Shown in pieces: positions 59,904 through 64,000 of a stretch of 64,000 nucleotides of DNA (its first letter is position 1; each line of letters begins with the position of its first letter). Under the pieces are notes generated by a model that saw only the letters and a program-made list of their open reading frames with translations, did not search any database and had not been told where the DNA came from. The stretch lies in the NCBI GenBank assembly GCA_029261595.1, contig JAJDAZ010000001.1, forward strand, positions 23 to 64,022, given 5' to 3'. Both the position numbers and the translations under genes were made by a program. The DNA comes from Nitrospinaceae bacterium (lineage in GTDB: Bacteria > Nitrospinota > Nitrospinia > Nitrospinales > VA-1).

Positions 59904-62062
59904 CCACAATCCCTGAAAAGCTAACTGCCGGACAAATTTCCGATGCCACGGGAAAGACGTTAAGGTCGGTTCAGATATTCGCAAAAAAACAAAATTGGTC
60001 GTTTTCAGAGGTTAAGGGTTTAGGCGGCAAGAAACGCCTTTACCCCTTCTCCTCCCTGCCCGCGACAATACAAATAGTCATTCAAAAACATTACGCACCT
60101 GCTCCGGTACCGCCAGTGACCGGGCATTTGTCGTCCCTCCCCGCTGAAACGTCCCACACTCAAACCTTACGGACCCACTCAGCGGCGGTGGGACGCCTCC
60201 CTCATCAGGCGGATAAAGTCGCCCGCGCCCGCGCCGACCTGGTCGCCGCCTATTTAACAGCGAAGGAAAACGGAAAATCCAAAAAACAAAAAAACGCGGA
60301 CATCATAAATCAATTCCTGCAAGCCTACGGTTCCGGGCTTTCCTTCCCCCAGCTTTATCAGACATTGGGAGCGGTATCCCGATCAACGCTGGAACGCTGG
60401 CGCAAGGATCTGGAAGAAGCCAACTACGATTATCACGTCCTCGCACCCAAATGGGGCAGGCATCGAAGCGGAACCACAAAGCTGACCGAGCGGGAATCGC
60501 AAGTCCTGATGACCCAGGTCTTTCACCAGAACCGCGTTAAAACCGGAACCGCAATCACCGTCACAAAATATATTCTGGAATTGGAAGGGTCGCCATCACC
60601 CTCCAGCCCAGCCACCATGCGTCGCGCCGTCGACCAATTTAAAAATCGCCACTTTGACCTATGGACCTTTTATCGCGAAGGTGAAAAAGCCCTTGTCGAT
60701 AAAGTCCTTCCCTTCATAGAGCGCGATGATTCACTGATTGACGTGGGCGACGTATTGGTGGCGGACGGGCACCGCTGTAATTTCCGCGTGAAAAATCCGT
60801 GGACCGGTAAGCCTTGCCGACCCATGCTAGTCGGCTTTTACGATTGGAAATCCCGGATCCTCTGCGGTTGGTCCATTTCCCTGGAAGAAAATACCCAACT
60901 CATCACCGCTGCCTTGAGAAACGGCATCATTCGCCTGGGCAAAACGCCAAAGATCGTCCTGCTCGACAACGGAGCCGCGTTCAAGTCAAAAGTATTTACA
61001 GGGGATATGGACCTGGAACAAAGCGGCATTCGCGGCATGTTCGCCCGTCTGGACATCAAGACCGTTTTCGCCTGGCCCTACAACGCGAGATCCAAGCCTA
61101 TAGAGAGGTTCTTCGGCGATTTTAGCAATCAGTTCGAACGCTTCATGCCGTCCTTTTCAGGCGCTTCCATCACCGACAAACCCGCTTCATTAATGCGCAA
61201 CGAAAAACTGATGCAGGCGTTCTACAAAGAAAACGTCATGGAAATCCCGCAGGTCATGGCCGCTTTGGAAAAATGGTGGGATTTTCACGCCTGGACCCAG
61301 CACCCGACGTTGAAAGGTAAACAAAAAGGCCAGGTGTTTGAATCCGGTCGTGGACCCGGCATCGACCAGGGAAAACTAAACGACCTCATGCTCGATTCAG
61401 AAATCAAACGCATCGGGCGAAACGGTATCAGTTTCCTGGGTGCGGATTACTTTCACGAATCCCTTTACGGCCTGCGCGAACAGGTGGTCATCCGCTACGA
61501 CTTTTGCGACATCGCCCACGTTCACGTCTATGCAAAAAACGGCGATTATATTTGCCGCGCGGATCGCAAAGACAAGGTGCATCCGATGGCGGCCTTACTG
61601 GGTAAAGCCAAAGACGTGGAAGACCTGAAATTCCATATCGGTCAGCAACGCTCCCTGAAAAAACAAACCACAAAAATCGCGCGTCAGGCGCTGGATATGA
61701 CAGGCGACATGGAAATCGTCAAAGCCCTGCCCTGGGACAAGATAGTGGAAGCCGCGCCCGATCTTCCCGAAAAAGTTGAGCGGATAGAAGCCGAGTACAC
61801 CGGACTCAAAGCTCTGGAGGCCGTCCCGGTCATCGACGCTGAAAGCCTTCCAGAGTTACCGGAACCAGATACGGAGAAAAGCCAGGCGGAAGTGATCCCA
61901 TTCTTTGCGACCGACGCCGATTATTACAACCACCTGGCAGGGCTTGTCCGTCCACTCAGTGAATCAGAAATCCTTTTTTTGGAAGAATTTTACAGGACCG
62001 AATCAGGGAAGGCTTTTTTGCAAATGGACGGTCGTTTGAAAACCGCAACTGCGGAGCAATAA
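59900..62062 (+). CDS. Mu-type DDE transposase (MuA-like)
   Basis: 720 aa. N-terminal HTH/winged-helix DNA-binding modules, and an rve-type DDE core (VLVADGHRCNF, VLLDNGAAFKS, then a downstream E). A long C-terminal Mu-transposase-like domain follows. Confidence 0.8.
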   Translation: MTTIPEKLTAGQISDATGKTLRSVQIFAKKQNWSFSEVKGLGGKKRLYPFSSLPATIQIVIQKHYAPAPVPPVTGHLSSLPAETSHTQTLRTHSAAVGRLPHQADKVARARADLVAAYLTAKENGKSKKQKNADIINQFLQAYGSGLSFPQLYQTLGAVSRSTLERWRKDLEEANYDYHVLAPKWGRHRSGTTKLTERESQVLMTQVFHQNRVKTGTAITVTKYILELEGSPSPSSPATMRRAVDQFKNRHFDLWTFYREGEKALVDKVLPFIERDDSLIDVGDVLVADGHRCNFRVKNPWTGKPCRPMLVGFYDWKSRILCGWSISLEENTQLITAALRNGIIRLGKTPKIVLLDNGAAFKSKVFTGDMDLEQSGIRGMFARLDIKTVFAWPYNARSKPIERFFGDFSNQFERFMPSFSGASITDKPASLMRNEKLMQAFYKENVMEIPQVMAALEKWWDFHAWTQHPTLKGKQKGQVFESGRGPGIDQGKLNDLMLDSEIKRIGRNGISFLGADYFHESLYGLREQVVIRYDFCDIAHVHVYAKNGDYICRADRKDKVHPMAALLGKAKDVEDLKFHIGQQRSLKKQTTKIARQALDMTGDMEIVKALPWDKIVEAAPDLPEKVERIEAEYTGLKALEAVPVIDAESLPELPEPDTEKSQAEVIPFFATDADYYNHLAGLVRPLSESEILFLEEFYRTESGKAFLQMDGRLKTATAEQ

Positions 62063-62129
62063 AAAAGGACCGGTGTCGCGGGAACGACGACCGGCCCCAA
62101 TACCTAAAAATTCAGAAGGAGATTACTAC

Positions 62130-62843
62130 ATGAATCACCAGGTTGTCAAAACCAAGAACGTCCAGGCGTTTTTTTCCGGGCTGGAAGTCCTGAAAAATGG
62201 CGTCAAGGGCCGAATGGGAATGATGTTGATCTTCGGTCCGCCCGGCACAGGTAAAACCTTCATCACCCAGAAGCAGGCGATGGAAGACGACACCGTCTAC
62301 GTCCGCTGCAAATACATCGACAAACCCAAAAGCCTGTTACATGCCATCGTCGCAGAGCTGGGCGAAGAACCGCGTGGATTCACATCCCACCTTTTCAACC
62401 AGGCCCTTGAGCAATTATTGATGCGCCCGCGCACGTTGATTCTCGATGAAGCCGACTACATGGTGCATGCGGGAATCATCGAAATCATCCGCGACCTCAA
62501 CGACATGGCCAACACCCCCATCATCATTTCAGGCATGGGCAATATTGATAAAAAGCTTCAGCGGTTTCCTCATTTAGTCGACCGCATCCGCGCCATCGTT
62601 CAATTCAAACTGTTCGACCTGGGAGAAATCAAGATGTTGGGCAAACAAGTCTGCGAGGCGGAGATCGACGACAGCGCTTACGAATACATCGCCAAGACAG
62701 GCCAGGGCAAGTTCCGTGTCACCAACGATCTTTTTGATCTGGCTGAGCGCCTGCAAAAGCGGACTCCACAAATCAAGGCCGTCACCGTCGATCACCTGGC
62801 TCCCGCCTGGGAAAAAGAAAAACAACGGGAGCGCCGCGCATGA
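62130..62843 (+). CDS. MuB-like AAA+ ATPase (transposition target-DNA activator)
   Basis: AGGAG lies 8 nt before the ATG at 62130. Walker A is GPPGTGKT and Walker B is LILDEAD. It sits immediately downstream of the transposase. Confidence 0.7.
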   Translation: MNHQVVKTKNVQAFFSGLEVLKNGVKGRMGMMLIFGPPGTGKTFITQKQAMEDDTVYVRCKYIDKPKSLLHAIVAELGEEPRGFTSHLFNQALEQLLMRPRTLILDEADYMVHAGIIEIIRDLNDMANTPIIISGMGNIDKKLQRFPHLVDRIRAIVQFKLFDLGEIKMLGKQVCEAEIDDSAYEYIAKTGQGKFRVTNDLFDLAERLQKRTPQIKAVTVDHLAPAWEKEKQRERRA

Positions 62844-63406
62844 GCAAACCGTTAAACAAATTAAAACTTGTTATCGACTGCCTTTGCAAAACTCGCAGAA
62901 AAAAAATAGCTTCTGATTTTGTCGTCGCTGAAACGGGGCTGGAGCATAAGGCAGTTCTCCGGGTCATGCGTAGGCTAACGAAACAAGGGCATCTTGAATT
63001 GATTGATAAAGGAAAAATTTCTAACAGCAATACGGGCCGAGCCTACAGCAAAAACCCGACCTGGAAGATCGTAAACCGAAAATCCTTACCCAATCGTTTG
63101 AAGCGAAAGAAAAAGTCAGGAAATATTCGCGACCGAATTTGGAAAGCCATGCGCATCAAGCGAATTTTTCTCTTAAAAGACATCATGAAGCTGGCCGAGG
63201 TAAAAGAAGCAACTGCGATGAACTATATCCATATTCTCGAACGCAACAAATATGCGCGCAAAGTGGGCCTCCGCGCCCCGCGCGAAGGATGCCACTGGCA
63301 ACTCATCCGCGATGATGGGCCAGACCGTCCAGCCCTCAAAGAATATCCTGAACATGATGTCACCCTGAGCCTGTCGAAGGGCGTCAGCAAGGAAGGTGCC
63401 GCATGA
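62840..63406 (+). CDS. Hypothetical phage early protein (two winged-helix-like segments)
   Basis: 188-aa ORF that overlaps both neighbouring genes by 4 nt. It is basic (KRKKKSG). No family was recognised. Confidence 0.45.
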   Translation: MSKPLNKLKLVIDCLCKTRRKKIASDFVVAETGLEHKAVLRVMRRLTKQGHLELIDKGKISNSNTGRAYSKNPTWKIVNRKSLPNRLKRKKKSGNIRDRIWKAMRIKRIFLLKDIMKLAEVKEATAMNYIHILERNKYARKVGLRAPREGCHWQLIRDDGPDRPALKEYPEHDVTLSLSKGVSKEGAA

Positions 63407-63726
63407 CCGACACCTGGTTAAAACTTCTCAAGCAGAACCTCAAGCAAAAAGGCCCGAAAAAAGTCAGCGCGGAATTGGGTTACTCAACGGCAACCTTGAA
63501 CCTTTGCAAAAACGGAAAATACGAAAAGACCGAAAAAGTCAAAGCGCGCGTCATGGCGATTTACGGCAACAACGGCAAGGTCGAGTGCCCGGTGCTCGGC
63601 GGTATCACGCCGCAAAGATGCGCCGACCATCACGGCCGCGCCAGGAAAGTGGGCATCCGCGTCGGCAACCCGGACACCATGCGGCTTCATAAAACCTGCC
63701 TTAAATGCCCCGTCAGAGGAGGATAA
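63403..63726 (+). CDS. Hypothetical phage early protein (HTH plus Cys cluster)
   Basis: 107 aa, with KVSAELGYSTATLNLCKNG (HTH-like) and Cys residues C..C....C..C. Confidence 0.4.
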   Translation: MTDTWLKLLKQNLKQKGPKKVSAELGYSTATLNLCKNGKYEKTEKVKARVMAIYGNNGKVECPVLGGITPQRCADHHGRARKVGIRVGNPDTMRLHKTCLKCPVRGG

Positions 63727-63729
63727 CCC

Positions 63730-63894
63730 ATGATGATAGATGACGATCTTCTGGAACTCTATGCTTCCGAATACACGCAAAAAAGCACCAGGGAATGGGG
63801 AATGACCTTCAGGGAATTTCTGGAATTCAAAATCGAATGTAACCGTGAAGTGAACCAAACTTTATTAGAGGCAAACAATGGCGAAGAAAATTAA
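63730..63894 (+). CDS. Small hypothetical phage protein (54 aa)
   Basis: Manual translation gives MMIDDDLLELYASEYTQKSTREWGMTFREFLEFKIECNREVNQTLLEANNGEEN. It is below the ORF-track length cutoff and is tightly packed in the operon. Confidence 0.35.
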   Translation: MMIDDDLLELYASEYTQKSTREWGMTFREFLEFKIECNREVNQTLLEANNGEEN

Positions 63895-64000
63895 AGAAGA
63901 AATCATCACCGAGGAACAGGCAAAAAAAGCAATGCAACAGCTCAATAAATACAATGCGGCCCTTGCCCAGCTCTACCGCGACGAGGCATCGGACATTGAA
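63878..64000 (+). CDS. Gam-like (host-nuclease inhibitor) protein, N-terminal fragment cut by the window end
   Basis: MAKKIKEEIITEEQAKKAMQQLNKYNAALAQLYRDEASDIE is coiled-coil-like. Its position after the A/B genes is as in Mu. Only 41 codons are visible. Confidence 0.3.
   Translation, partial: MAKKIKEEIITEEQAKKAMQQLNKYNAALAQLYRDEASDIE

Larger units (their letters stand above)
57013..64000 (+). mobile_element. Mu-like transposable prophage, left arm (continues beyond the window)
   Basis: The gene order is that of the Mu left end: a leftward cI/S24 repressor, an operator region, then rightward ner-like, a 720-aa DDE transposase, an AAA+ MuB-like ATPase, small early genes and a Gam-like start. 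The putative terminus begins 5'-TGTATTG at 57013 and is followed by three direct repeats. Confidence 0.6.

Overview
This 64 kb window comes from a diderm bacterium; I cannot assign a taxon from the sequence alone.

**Core region (about 1-27 kb).** This part is an ordinary, densely packed housekeeping region. It carries an HDAC-like deacetylase, queG, hemE-hemH, htrA, pcrA/uvrD and hflX. It also carries rho-rpmE-prfA-prmC-murA, an LPS heptosyltransferase, hutI, a cold-shock gene, a SulP permease, a Usp protein, a DHH phosphoesterase, a Wzx-like flippase and an OppA-like binding protein.

**Accessory region (about 27-43.5 kb).** Content here is more accessory:
- an FkbM methyltransferase;
- two tandem ribonuclease-inhibitor-type LRR proteins;
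- TPR and zinc-ribbon proteins;
- a minus-strand run of methyltransferase, B12-radical-SAM enzyme and GT-C membrane glycosyltransferase, preceded by an orphan HydB/NuoF-like flavoprotein;
- pepA;
- several small envelope proteins, one containing a 60-bp coding tandem repeat.

**Three most interesting loci.**
1. A compact four-gene thiazole/oxazole-modified peptide (TOMM/LAP) cluster lies on the minus strand at 44.1-47.7 kb. It encodes a 70-aa precursor ending in WCCTCYAAE, an RRE/E1-like C protein, a YcaO cyclodehydratase and a SagB-type dehydrogenase. No protease or exporter is adjacent. The cluster is divergent from a visibly AT-richer block encoding a TonB-dependent receptor, a GNAT, YfiR, two CHASE8-type kinases and a response regulator.
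2. A stand-alone group-II-intron-like reverse transcriptase lies at 55.5-56.7 kb. Its catalytic motif is FIDD, and it has a long non-coding leader of 276 nt or more. I could not place it as an intron, a retron or a DGR.
3. The left arm of a Mu-like transposable prophage starts at about 57.0 kb and runs off the window. It has a TGTATTG terminus followed by three spaced direct repeats. The genes that follow are a DUF2971 gene, a cI/S24 repressor, a repeat-rich operator region, and ner-like, MuA-like, MuB-like and a Gam-like start.

I found no rRNA, tRNA or CRISPR array.
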